Of a stretch of 64,000 bases of DNA, positions 1-64,000 are shown one piece after another. Within the stretch, counting starts at the first letter, position 1. Every line of letters starts with the position of its first letter. The notes beneath the pieces were generated by a model, which was not told where the DNA came from, ran no database searches, and saw only the letters and a list, made by a program, of their open reading frames with translations. The translations under genes were made by a program, and so were the position numbers. This stretch comes from Eledone cirrhosa (Eukaryota), in assembly GCA_964016885.1 (NCBI GenBank), contig OZ024756.1:15748001-15812000 (forward strand), read 5' to 3'.

Positions 1-1073
1 TCATTGCTGCAGTTTGTGCCTCACAGAATTTTAGCTTAACTGATATCTTGGTCAGGTTGTTTTTCATGAAGCCTGTAATTCCTATTATTATTGGGATATA
101 TTTAACTCTTTCTGTCTCTCTTGCCTTACCATATTGCTAAGAAAAAAATGCCTATGATTTTCAAATCTTTCAAACAATCAGGAATTTGCTGGGATTTTGT
201 GATATAACTAACTTTCTCATTATTAAGCTGGTGTTTGGAACACAACAAAGGTTCTTGCATGAAATTATGATGAAATGTGTTAAGATAAATATCAATAGTT
301 TAAAATAATCAGCTTTTTCTTCTAAAACCACAGTTGATTTCTGATGGTTTGTTATCAAAAAGGTTAATCTGGTATTTGGAATATAACTTAACAAAGAGTC
401 ATACATAAAATTATGATGGAATGCTTTTAGATTCCTAGACCCTTTCAAAATATTTGACAAGTCATACTATGAGGTATGTCTATGTGGTTATATAGCTCCT
501 AGCACTATTTTTACCTATGGGCTTCTTCGCCCACTTATTCCTGAGAGGCTCATTGGGGCAGAGTCCTCAAACATCTCCAACTGATCTAGCTGGATCCCTA
601 AGTGTTACCAACCAAGCTCATAGACATTATCCAACCATCTTGGGTCTCTTGCCAGTTGTTTTGCCTGTAAAATCTGTCCAGCGATTCTTTCCTGAGACAT
701 TCTAACCATATGCCCATAGTAATGGAGCTATGTTCTCTCAATTCCTATGGGCTTAATTATATAAATGGTTTAATAATCCAGCCACCATAGTGTTTCTCAC
801 CCATGATAATCAAAGATAGATCATACATCTGAAGAAGTTTTTTTCTCTCTCTCCAATGATAGTTTATCTGACTTTGATAGAAAGTGTTCCTAGTCCAGGT
901 GGCGGCCATAGTACATGTCATGCTTGCCATACCCTAGTTACACCTCTGAGTGTTGGTGATTTACATAATAAATGCACCCAATGCACTCTGTAAAGTTGAT
1001 TATCCAGGACATCCAACTATAGATAACTCATTAAACAAAGGATTGGAAGGATTCTTCTGCTGTGCTAGTTATG

Positions 1074-1299
1074 TTAACCCTTTAGCATTTAAACCAGCCA
1101 TATCCACCCAGAATTCTCTCACCTCTTTCTGTTCAGACCGGCTGTAACCAACTGCTCATACATATGTTAAGGTATTGTTCTCAAAATAAATTTCAAAATC
1201 TCATAGATTCGATACTATGTGAGATAATTATGTGAGGTAAGGCCTTTACCATGAAAATATAATAGTACATATAGAGTAATATAAATGCTAAAGGGTTAA
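1074..1299. mobile_element. piggyBac-type MITE (family C)
   Basis: TTAA|CCCTTTAGCATTTA...TAAATGCTAAAGGG|TTAA terminal inverted repeats; many related copies in the window. Confidence 0.8.
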
Positions 1300-3851
1300 A
1301 GATATAACAATCTTCCTAGAGCTGGTGCCATGATAAAATGCACTCAGTAGAGTAGGGGAGTGCTTTGTAAGTGAGATGCTAGTCTATAGTGGTCCATGCC
1401 CCCCCCCCCCCCCCCCTGAACACTTGCTAAAGTGCAGGAACATAAGTAAGGGAGATGCATGCCTCTTGACTTATCTGAGGGATCAGTAGCTGGGAAAAAC
1501 AGATGTTAAATGATAATGATGATAAACACTATAAAATAAACACCTTTGTATCATAAAACCAGAGGTGGTTCTAAGGGCTTTAGTATCAAAATGATTAAGT
1601 TGGTATTTGGAACATAAATTAACAAAAGTTTTACATAAAATTATGATGGCAGGTGATGGAAGGTTTTTTTTTTATAAATATAAACACTTTAAAGCAAACA
1701 GCTTTGTTCCATAAAACCAGAGGTGGTTTCAGGGGGTTTGGTATCAAAACCAACTGGCAGGAAACCCAGAGCAAGATGGTTGGATAACACCCATGAGCTT
1801 GGCTGGTCTCACTTGGGGATCCAGCCGGATCAATTGGAGATGGTTGCTTCTGACAGGACCTGCTAGAAGAAATGTTTCAAGACTCTGCCCCACAACTCTC
1901 TCAAGAATAAGAAAAGGAAGACTGTATAATTGAACAGCCAATATTCCACAGTCTGTTTGGAAGAGTGTTTGGCACAAGTTTCACCAAAGAAGGCTTGCTT
2001 CATATACTTCCTGTTTGGTATTCTTTTTGTTTTTAAAAGAAACAGTGTTTGCTGAGACTGTCGGAAAACTCTGTGTTGGTAAAACTGTTCTGAAAGCTGC
2101 TCTTTCTAGCATTGGAATGTCACCAAATATAGTGAGAGGAAATTAGTTGAAGCGAGAGATGATTCTGTGCTGTTGGTGATGTGAATTGAGTTTAGTGTTT
2201 AAAGTAATCATTGTTGCCTTGCTCTTGTACAGAAACTGTGTTTGAAGTAAAATGTGATGAAGTTGTATGCAAGATTAGCAAATGCATGAGAAAGCAGTTC
2301 GAAAAGTCAGGGTCACTAATGTAGCAATGTGAAATGTAGTATATGAATGTGTTGAGAGTTGATGGTGGCACATTTGAATGAATGTAGCAATGGATGAAAT
2401 TGGCTCATGTTTGTTGTCGTTCATTTGAGTGTGGCAAAGTTGTTGGCATGCTGGGGGATTATGCATCAGGTAAAAAACGTTTCATATATAAACACTGTGG
2501 AGAAAATTCCGAGGAATGAACAATTAAAAGCATGGTATATGCGTTTGTGCAATGATTTAAAGTATGATATTTATTGTTTTTGTAATGTGATGATGGTCAT
2601 TAGTCTGGAAAAGAGAGAGTGAGAGAAAGAGACATACAGGGGTCTGTGTGAGACAGTGGACTACATCTTAACTGCTTGAAATCCTCTCTGCAACTCAAAG
2701 TGATCCTTCTCTTCCAAGAAATCAGAGTGGAACATCAGCTGATCAGTTATACAGCCCACCATCTCAATTCCGCATTTTTTAGAGCATACTCTTGCCATCA
2801 AATTACTGCTGCATACATATCTAACTCCTCCTACCTCTTGTTGTTGTATGTATCATGTAAAGCTTTTCTAAATCTATATTTCACATGGAGCTCCTTAATA
2901 ACTAACTTAGGTTGTATGATGCACGTTTCTCTATCGCCTAACAAATAAAAAGTCAATCTAGCTTGTGCATTTGTCTGATTGATACTTCCTGAAATTAGTG
3001 TTGTAGTGTTGCTCTCTCTTCACTTCTTGAGCCATAACCATAGCCACCGTGTACTCCAGTGTAGCCATCCTGGTGTTGACCAACATGTCCATTAAAGTCA
3101 CCAACTAGAATGATGAGGTCTCTAAGTTGTCTTTAAGAGTTCCTAAAAAACAAACAAACTGTATTTCACTTAGACCTGATTGTGTGGCATAGATAGAAAT
3201 AATTGTTGTCATTCTATTGCCTACGACAATTCTGAGCTTGATAATTCTGTCACTCTAATTACTCTATATATCAGCTTCGCAGCTAGTAGAATGCCTACTT
3301 TATCATTTTTTTCCTACTTTGCTCTAGTTTTGACTCCTTTATTTCAAAATTAGAATGAAATAAGAAATCTGAAAATAAACAAGTGTTACTTTTACTTTAT
3401 ATTTCATGATATTTCAGGGTTTGGCCCCTTTTTCAAAAGATAAAAGAGTGTGATGGTGGGGAAATATAATGAAATATAAGGTAAAAGTGTAAACTGTTGT
3501 TTTCACTCCTTTATATCTAACATTGATGAGTTGTGGTGCACCTGGGCACTGTGCACAATATTTCATTATTGTTATTATTATTATATCATGACTCATACAC
3601 TGTTCATTTTCCTGACATTTGTACATTATTCTATGTACTATAAAATAAAGTACCAGTAATGCACTGGGTAATTGCTGGCCTTGTGCCAAAAGTAGAAACA
3701 ATTATTCTATGTACTATACATGCACCTTTGATGAGTTGTAGTGCACCTGAGCACTGTACACAATAATTTCATTATTTACTTATTTATATATTCTACTGGC
3801 TCTCACCAAACAATTCTAACCACATATTAAATGTCTTTTTTTTCTGTTAGA

Positions 3852-4033
3852 AATAATTGTTTCTACTTTTTGGCACAAGGCCAGCATTTATCTCAGTAAA
3901 TTACTGGTGCTTTATTTTATCGACCCCGTAAGGATGAAAGGCAAAGTTAACCTCGGCAGGAATTGAACTCAGATCGTAAAGGGACGTAACTATGCTGGAA
4001 AGCATAATCCAACCCTTTACCGATACTGCCAAT
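3852..4033 (-). mobile_element. tRNA-derived SINE family A
   Basis: Reverse complement of TGGCAGTATCGGTAGAG..GAGTTCAAATCC..GGGGTCGATAAAATAAAGTACCAG..GGCCTTGTGCCAAAAGTAGAAAC, with pol III A/B-box-like motifs. Confidence 0.75.
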
Positions 4034-4199
4034 ATAATACTAATTAAATTACACCTCAAACACAACATTCGTTTCGCCAATTCAAGAAAGCCAAGTTAAT
4101 TTTTTTATGTATCCTATTATTCTTGATTTCATTTTTTTTTTATTACTACGCTGCTTTTCTCAAAATTTTCTCAACTTATACTTTATATCTTAATGCGTT

Positions 4200-4834
4200 C
4201 ATGATTCAAAAAGCTTGGCTTCACGTGCTCTTGTTCGACAAAACGGAAATTCTTCATTAATATCGATTATGTCTTTAATATCCTTCCATACTAAAAGTTG
4301 ATGACCAGTGTTCGCCATTTGCGCCGCAAACCGAAAATAACATTAATTTCATTAAATGAATTCTTTCAAGTGAAATATATTAATTCTTTTATTATTATTG
4401 AAGTTTAAAGTTTAAATTGAATCCAAGAAAGAACAATAATAACATTTTTTTTCAAAACACCGACTACTCCCGTTTGGGTTATGTATAAAATTAGAAACAA
4501 AGGAATTTGTATATGAAACCCGACAGTTATATATACATATATATATACATACTCCATTAAAACCCTTGGTAATAAGGTGGAAATCTATTTTAAACGTTTT
4601 CATATATTTTTCTATTAATTAAAAACATCTTTCAAAGATAAACTAAAATCTACTATGTAGTTGATGTGTGGAAATTATTCCGTAGTTTCGTACTAATTAA
4701 AACATCGCAGTATGGCGAAGCGGCCAACACACGTGGCTTGATAACACAATCATTTATTTCTACTATTGTTATATTTGTTCCATTTGATTTCTACATTTCA
4801 TTTCTCACTCATTTTGTTCATCATCAACTTTGAA
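4200..4834 (+). promoter_or_regulatory. Putative NSUN2 (and possibly MDN1) promoter/5' UTR with two CACGTG E-boxes
   Basis: Locally CpG-richer, non-repetitive stretch. CACGTG at 4222-4227 and 4730-4735; CGCCATTT (YY1-like) at ~4314; DRE-like TATCGATA at 5188-5195 just inside intron 1. Confidence 0.5.
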
Positions 4835-57820
<52,986 letters not shown>

Positions 57821-57949
57821 TTTTCAGGGCCTTAGAACTTCTGTGGAAATTTAGACATCATCATCATCATCATCATCATTGGTGGTGGTGGTTACGTGCA
57901 TGTGTAAAGAGAAATAAAAAAAAAACAACAACAAAAACAAAGCTGTCGT

Positions 57950-58530
57950 ATCTCTTCTTCTCCCACTTATTCCTGAAGGGGTCACAGGGACAGACTCCTC
58001 AGACAAGGTCCTGTCATTTCTAAATTATCTGGCTTGATCCCCAAACTAGACCAACCGAGCTCATGGATGTTATCCAACCATCTTACTAGGGATCTACCTC
58101 TGGGTTTCCTGCTGGTTGGTTTTGCTTGTAAAATCTGTTCTGCAATTCTTTCTTTACACATTCTAATCCCCTGTCCATAGTACAGGGGCTGTGATCTCTT
58201 GATGCAGAGAAGTAGCAGCTCTACTTGGAGCAACTAACTGATCTCTAAGCTATGCACCCTAATTGAGTAAAGTTGGTCCAGAGACCCTTTGGAAAAACCT
58301 TATTTCGGCCGCTTGTATTTGCATTTGTATTCTTTTGGTCATTACTCAAGATTCATGACAAAAGGTAAGGTTTGGCACAAATATCGAATAGCGAGTTTGG
58401 TTTTTAAGCCTACCTCCCTTCTTATGACCAAGTGCTGAAGCTGGAGGGTTTGGATTTTACACTTACCTCCCTTTTTTCTTCTTATGATGGAGTGCCGAAG
58501 CTGACTCATTACTGCACCAGCTCCTGCTTC
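57950..58530 (-). mobile_element. RTE-like LINE 3' fragment
   Basis: KPRGRSLVRWLDNIHELGWSSLGI; related pieces at ~520-900, 1750-1870 and 10280-10390. Confidence 0.62.
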
Positions 58531-59563
58531 AGTGTAACTCCATTCATATGTAGAGTACATAATGCAGATTCTTAAGAGGACAAATATCTCGGTTTTCACA
58601 GAACTGAAGCCTCGAGTCTATCTATGCTTTGTGACTGAAACTAGATTAATAGAAACTGTTTAAAAGCTTGTTGGGTGGACAGTACCTGTAATTTAAAGGG
58701 CCAGTCTATTCATACTGAATCTCCCTCAGAATTACGTTAAGGGTACCCGTGTCTGTGGAATGCTCAGCCACTAAAACGTTGACATTACGATCATTGATCG
58801 AACAACACGAACACTCATCGTCGAGGATCAATTTCATTCCTGTTGTTGAGCCCTAACTGGTTTACAGAATCCAAAGTTCTGACAGAGTTGTGTCCCTTGA
58901 CGTTTTATTTTTATCGTACATTTTTGTGAACAGTTGCAATGGACTAATCATTGGTTTACTTTATTTCCTGTGGTAGGAAAACGTCAAACGATCTGTGAAA
59001 CCCAGCTAGAATAAACAACACAAGTCATTTTTGTCCGACGCACCGATTTATAGGCAATTTTTTGCAGATGTGTATAATTTTCAGTAATATACAAGCACAC
59101 GTATATACATCTATATAGTCATATATACATAGCTCCCTATTAAAATTTTATATATGTATATATAACTGACCAGGGTTGTGCAATCCATACTCTAGTCGGT
59201 CAGCTGTGATGAACATGTATAAATAGTACAAGCTGGAGCATTATAGAGTATTAAATACAACGAAGACCATATGTAGTTGTATGTAGGTTTATTTCTATAT
59301 CCATTAGAAATAAATCTACACACAACTGCGTATGGCCATTGCTGTTTTTAATATTATATATATATATACATGAGTGAATAATAATATTAATATTCAGTTT
59401 GTTTGCATGTGTTTTCTAGATGAATAACTTCATCCTTATATATATATATATATATATGTGTCAACTAAACTGGTCTATATATATATATACACTAATAATG
59501 AATGCGTTTACAAACTAACCTGGTAAAGTTTCAAATTAATAATATTATTGTTTTTATTATTAA

Positions 59564-59749
59564 TTGTTTCATACTTTTTGACACAAGGCCAGCAATTACC
59601 CAGTGCATTACTGGTACTTTATTTTATCGACCTCGTAAGGATGAAAGGCAAAGTTAACCTTGGACGGGTTTGAACTCAGAATGGCAAGGGCCGTAACTCT
59701 ATGCGTCAAAGCATGGTGTCCGATCCTCTACCTATACTGCCAATCCGCC
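59564..59749 (-). mobile_element. SINE family A
   Basis: Full-length reverse copy. Confidence 0.75.
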
Positions 59750-60527
59750 TATTAATAATATTATGTGTGTGTGTGTCAACTAAACTGCTGGCAAACAGTC
59801 CAAAACATTAACTCTTAGCATCCTGTCATGATATAGTAGAAAATATCTAAAAGTTGGTTTGTTAATTCAAATGTTTATAATATCTTTACTACTGGACAGA
59901 TAGTTATGAAAATTTGTAGTCTTAGTGTAATGGCTTTTGTTTTTAATGTGATGCAGTTTCTTGTTATATACTTTTCAAGAATATCTTGCTAATGTGGTTT
60001 GTTAATTCAAATGTTTATATATCTTTACTGGTGTGCAGATCATTTTGAAAATTTGCAATGTTAGATTAAAGACTTTAATTTTTAATGTAATGCAGTCATA
60101 GTAATATTTTGTACTTTTCAAGAATTTCTTGCTAATGTGGTTTGTTAATTCAAATGTTTTCATCATCACCATCTTACGTCCATTTTTCCACACTAGCATG
60201 GGTTAGACGAGTTGTCCTGTTGTGTGCAATGGTAGGTCAAGTGACCATGTCTTGCTTATACAGAACTGATTTTATGTATCTTTACTGATAGACAGATCAT
60301 TTGCAATAAACTAAAAGAAAGACTTTAATATTTAATGTGAAGCAATCATAATGCTGCTTTGTACTTCTCACTAATGTGGTTTCATGTGGTACAGGATGTT
60401 AAAAGATTAATTCCCAGTGTGGTTAAATTAGATAAAGTGGGTTCAAATTTAGTTTGGGGCACTTGATAAGCCCACCCTAATCAAAAGTATTTAGAAGATT
60501 AACCCCTTTCCCCTTTATGATGAATAT

Positions 60528-61015
60528 GTGGAAGCTATATCATCAGATAGATAAAAGATTGGCTGTGTCCACCCTTTAACCCTTTAGCATTTAAACCGGT
60601 CAGAATTCTCTCATCTTTTTCTGTTTGATATTATGTGAGGTAAAGCTTTTACCATGAAAATACAATAGTAAAGTAAATGTTAAAGGGTTAAAATCAGTTG
60701 GGAGAAGCTACATCAGGCAAATAAAAGATTGGCTGTGTCCCCACTTTAAAATCAATCGGTAGAATTGTCAACATCAGATAAAGAAAAGATTGACACCTAT
60801 TTCTCTTTAAGATGATTTGGTAAAATCTACAACATCAGATTGGCTGTGAGTCCCCTTTAAGATAATTTAGAAAAATCTACAACATCAGATAGATAAAAGA
60901 TTGGTTGTGTCCCCACTTTAAGATGATTTGGTAAAATCTACATCAGGTAGATAAAAGACTGGCTGTGAGTCCCCTTTAAGATCAATCAGTAGAAGCTACA
61001 TCAGACAGATAAAAG
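60528..61015. repeat. ~60-bp minisatellite overlapping the ASB stop codon
   Basis: AGCTACATCAG..AGATAAAAGATTGGCTGTG..CCCTTTAA units; the rightmost unit is the coding terminus. Confidence 0.85.
60576..60691. mobile_element. Short piggyBac-type MITE inserted at TTAA in a minisatellite unit
   Basis: TTAA is duplicated here relative to the uninterrupted neighbouring repeat units. Confidence 0.78.
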
Positions 61016-61655
61016 CAAGAGTCAGGTAAGGTAAGGAACTCTTTCATATTTTCTGAAATTGGTAAAGAATCAAAAGAAGCAGAGATTTTATAATGTAGCA
61101 ATTTCCGAATTTGTAAGCGGCATATATGTATGAGTCTGTGGGGGTTGCATGTGACTTTCTGAAGCGCCAGAAGAAATGGTCTGTCAAGAAAAGAATCGGA
61201 TGTGTGATGGAAGACACCATTACAAGAAGCCGCAAGCCACTGTTGTTGTTGTTGTTGCCAATATGAGTCAGTCAGAAGATTGTAACCAGCTCGGACAAGT
61301 AACCGAATGCTGTGTTTCCTCTCATCTAGTAGATTATTTTCTGCCTCACACGACATCAAAATACTGAGAGGCGTTAAGCCAGCATGGTTTCTGTTGTTAC
61401 ATATGGCACCATAAGATACTAAAGTTTTCAAAATAATTGGGTGATAATAATCACAGGCGAGATGGAGCGGCGTCTCCAGGAAGCTATTTAATATGTCGAT
61501 ATCAGCTCCACACTCCAGTAAGGTTTCAACTACTTCTAAGTGGCCATATTGTACAGCCCAATGTAGACAGGTGTTCTGTACATCTCTGTAGTCGAGGCTG
61601 CCCCCTTCTTCTTCTTCTATCTGATTTCCTGGGATCTGGCAGTTGACATTAGCCC
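60982..61655 (-). CDS. Ankyrin repeat and SOCS box (ASB-type) protein, terminal exon
   Basis: Ankyrin repeats (NTCLHWAVQYGHLEVVETLLECGADID; ETPLHLAC..LVSYGA; GLTPL) and a C-terminal SOCS box (PHRLIHICRLQIRKLL..FDSLPISENMKEFL); tttag| phase-1 acceptor at 61656-61657. Confidence 0.9.
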
Positions 61656-61980
61656 CTAAAATTATAGAAATAAGGGATATAATCATCATTGTTTAACATC
61701 TGCTTTACTTGCAAACAAGGGTTAGACAATTACCTGAGTAGAGGTATCAAGTTATCAAACAGGTTAACCCATTAACATTTAAACTGGACGTATATGGCTG
61801 AAACTGGCCATAATTGGCTGCTCATACTGATGTTAAGGTATTGTTCTCAAAATAAATAGTATCAAAATCTTACAGATTCGATATGTAAGGTAAAGCTTTT
61901 ACCATGAAAATATAATAGTAAGTATAGAGTAATGTAAATGTTAATGGATTAAGAAGACTAAACTAAGAAGTCATCCTCAC

Positions 61981-62100
61981 CTGATGAAACAAGTAGTTTG
62001 ATCATATCCAGTTTCTTATCCTTACAGGCTAAGAATAATGGATTAAAGTATTCTCTTACACCACCGTGCGAGACCCAGCCATGGCAGTTGATGTTCACTC
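61981..62100 (-). CDS. ASB-type gene penultimate exon (GVNINCHGWVSHGGVREYFNPLFLACKDKKLDMIKLLVSSG)
   Basis: atatag| acceptor and |gtgag donor, 120 nt, phase 1-1, ankyrin-like PLFLAC..LDMIKLLV..G. Upstream exons were not found in this window. Confidence 0.85.
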
Positions 62101-62124
62101 CTATATTAACAAAGAGAAATATAT

Positions 62125-62790
62125 GTATTTCTTTATTAGCCACAAGGGCACAAAAAAAGGGGACAAGTACAATGGGGGAAAGATTACGTTTAATAAAAAC
62201 GTGTAAAACAATATCACAGATGAAAATTAAAGAAAAACAATCGATTTTCCCCAATAGGGGGGGGGGGGGGGGACATTAACTAGGGGTGACACATACCCCC
62301 GAAAAAAAATGTGCAACCCTCATCTCCAGGAGTACGAAGAGTGAGCACTCCTTTCCTCTCTTCCTCCTCCTCCTCAACCTACAGGCTGATATAGAGAGAA
62401 GGCCCATTCACTCGAGCCATTCTTGCCAATTTCACCCACCTTTCATAAAACTTGCTGGGGTACAGCACCTCTCTCTCCATCCTGAATCTTCTTCCAAAGT
62501 GGTATTTGAAAAAAAGAATCAGTTGTTCGCCGGAGAGAAAGGTGTCTGACCTCAGCTCTTTCACCATTGCCATCACACAGAGGAAAACCGCTTCTCCTTC
62601 ATTTTTGAAGGAGGGTGGCGGTTTGATCATGACAATGGACTCGGTCAACCGGATTGGTCCAACCCGCGAAAATAGTCGTTCTACATAGCCCCACAGGTCA
62701 GTAACTCCCGGGCAGTGTACGAATGCGTGCGCGACGGTTTCCTTGTCGCGCATGCATCTCGGACAGATCTTTTTCGAAGGGTCCCTGCCC
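62125..62790 (-). mobile_element. L1/Tx1-clade LINE 3' end (zf-RVT-like)
   Basis: CPRCMRDKETVAHAFVHCPGVTDLW zinc-knuckle-like C-terminus, followed by a 3' UTR ending AATAAAGAAAT. Confidence 0.68.
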
Positions 62791-63169
62791 GGGTGCCCGT
62801 GTCTGTAGAGCTTGTCTCGAAGAGAAATATATGATTAGCAAATGATGATCTAAAGATCCCCCTTCGGTAACGAATATCCATGGGATTTACACCTAGAAAG
62901 TTACCCTCCGAGGCACAAGTCCGGGCAAGGTTGTTTGTGGAAGACCAGCAGTCACCCATGCATACCAGTCTCCCCTCTCCACACCATCGAATTTGTCCAA
63001 GGGAAAGGCAATGATAGATACAGCTTGGCACTAGTGATGTCACAACTCATTTCTACAAGCTGAGTAAACTGGAGCTACGCTAAGCCTGATGCTCTAACCC
63101 CTAAGCCATGCGATGATATATATAATATAATAATAGACTAAAATAAAATTATTTCAGTCGTATTACACC

Positions 63170-63556
63170 TTAACCCTTTAGAATTTAAACCAGCCAGAAT
63201 TCTCTCACCTCTTTCTGTTCAAACTGTCCATAGCTGGCCACTCGTAATGATGTTAAGGTATTGTTCTCAAAATAAATAATTGTTTCTACTTTAGGCACAA
63301 GGCCAGCAATTTGAAAAGGAGAGGAAAGTCGATTAAATCGATCCCATAAGGATGAAAGGCAAAGCTAACCTCGGTGGGGATTTGAACTCAGAACTTAAAG
63401 GAGCGTAATTTTATGCTGCAAAAGCATAGTGTCTGACACCCTACTAATACTGCCAATCCACCACCCTCAAAAATCTTTTCGATACTATGTGAGGTAAAGC
63501 GTTTACCACGAAAATACAATAGTAAATATAAATTAATGTAAATGCTAAAGGGTTAA
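63170..63556. mobile_element. piggyBac-type MITE with nested SINE (63280-63467)
   Basis: Both TIRs intact; a minus-strand SINE lies inside. Confidence 0.75.
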
Positions 63557-64000
63557 ATAGCTCAGATACTATAATTTGTAGAGCTTCGTATTTTTCAAAA
63601 ATTTTATTAGGTGTAAAAAATTTACAGTATATTAAAAAATATAATTTCACCTACAAATTCATGCTTACACTGTAGTTTTGTTCTGGCAAAGAAATCGGAA
63701 TTAATTAAGATAACTAAAAAAAATGGCATATATATATATATATCATCATTATCGTATAACATCCATTTTCCACGCTAGCATGGGTTAGACAGGTTGTGGT
63801 CCCATTAAGGGCAAGTTGGGTCATGTGACCACATCTTGCTCATATAGGACTCTTTTTAGCTAAATTTCTATGGCAGTTGATGTTGGCTCCTATCTTAACA
63901 AAGAGAAATATGTGGTTAGCAGATGATGATGTGTGTGTATATATATATTATATATTCATTTAGGTTTGTTGGTTCACCACTGGATAGAACTGGTCATTCC

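Noticed and set aside
1990-3150. Possible coding exons on the minus strand
   Set aside because: No sustained open frame or consistent splice pair was found; it looks like decayed LINE sequence, but the family could not be assigned by eye.

Overview
AT-rich, repeat-dense eukaryotic DNA. The SINE/MITE families and (CAT)n/(TA)n microsatellites suggest a coleoid cephalopod (Octopus-like); this is inferred from repeat motifs only. Three protein-coding genes are supported. (1) NSUN2/Trm4 tRNA m5C methyltransferase, + strand, reconstructed by hand as 22 exons (4835..57820, 2631 nt, 876 aa); every GT-AG junction is phase-compatible. (2) A complete, intronless midasin (MDN1/Rea1) ORF, 11058..27536, 5492 aa from the first ATG, on the same strand inside the ~29-kb first intron of NSUN2. 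(3) The last two coding exons of an ankyrin-repeat/SOCS-box (ASB-type) gene on the - strand, convergent with NSUN2. The main candidate for an undescribed system is the NSUN2/MDN1 arrangement. One E-box-containing promoter and one 36-nt first coding exon could feed either NSUN2 (splice to 33894) or MDN1 (splice to ~10958, where the NSUN2 start becomes a short uORF, followed by intronic polyadenylation). The introns also hold tRNA-derived SINEs, piggyBac-type TTAA MITEs, a bounded Helitron, LINE fragments, hairpins and minisatellites, several of which duplicate splice sites or a stop-codon region.
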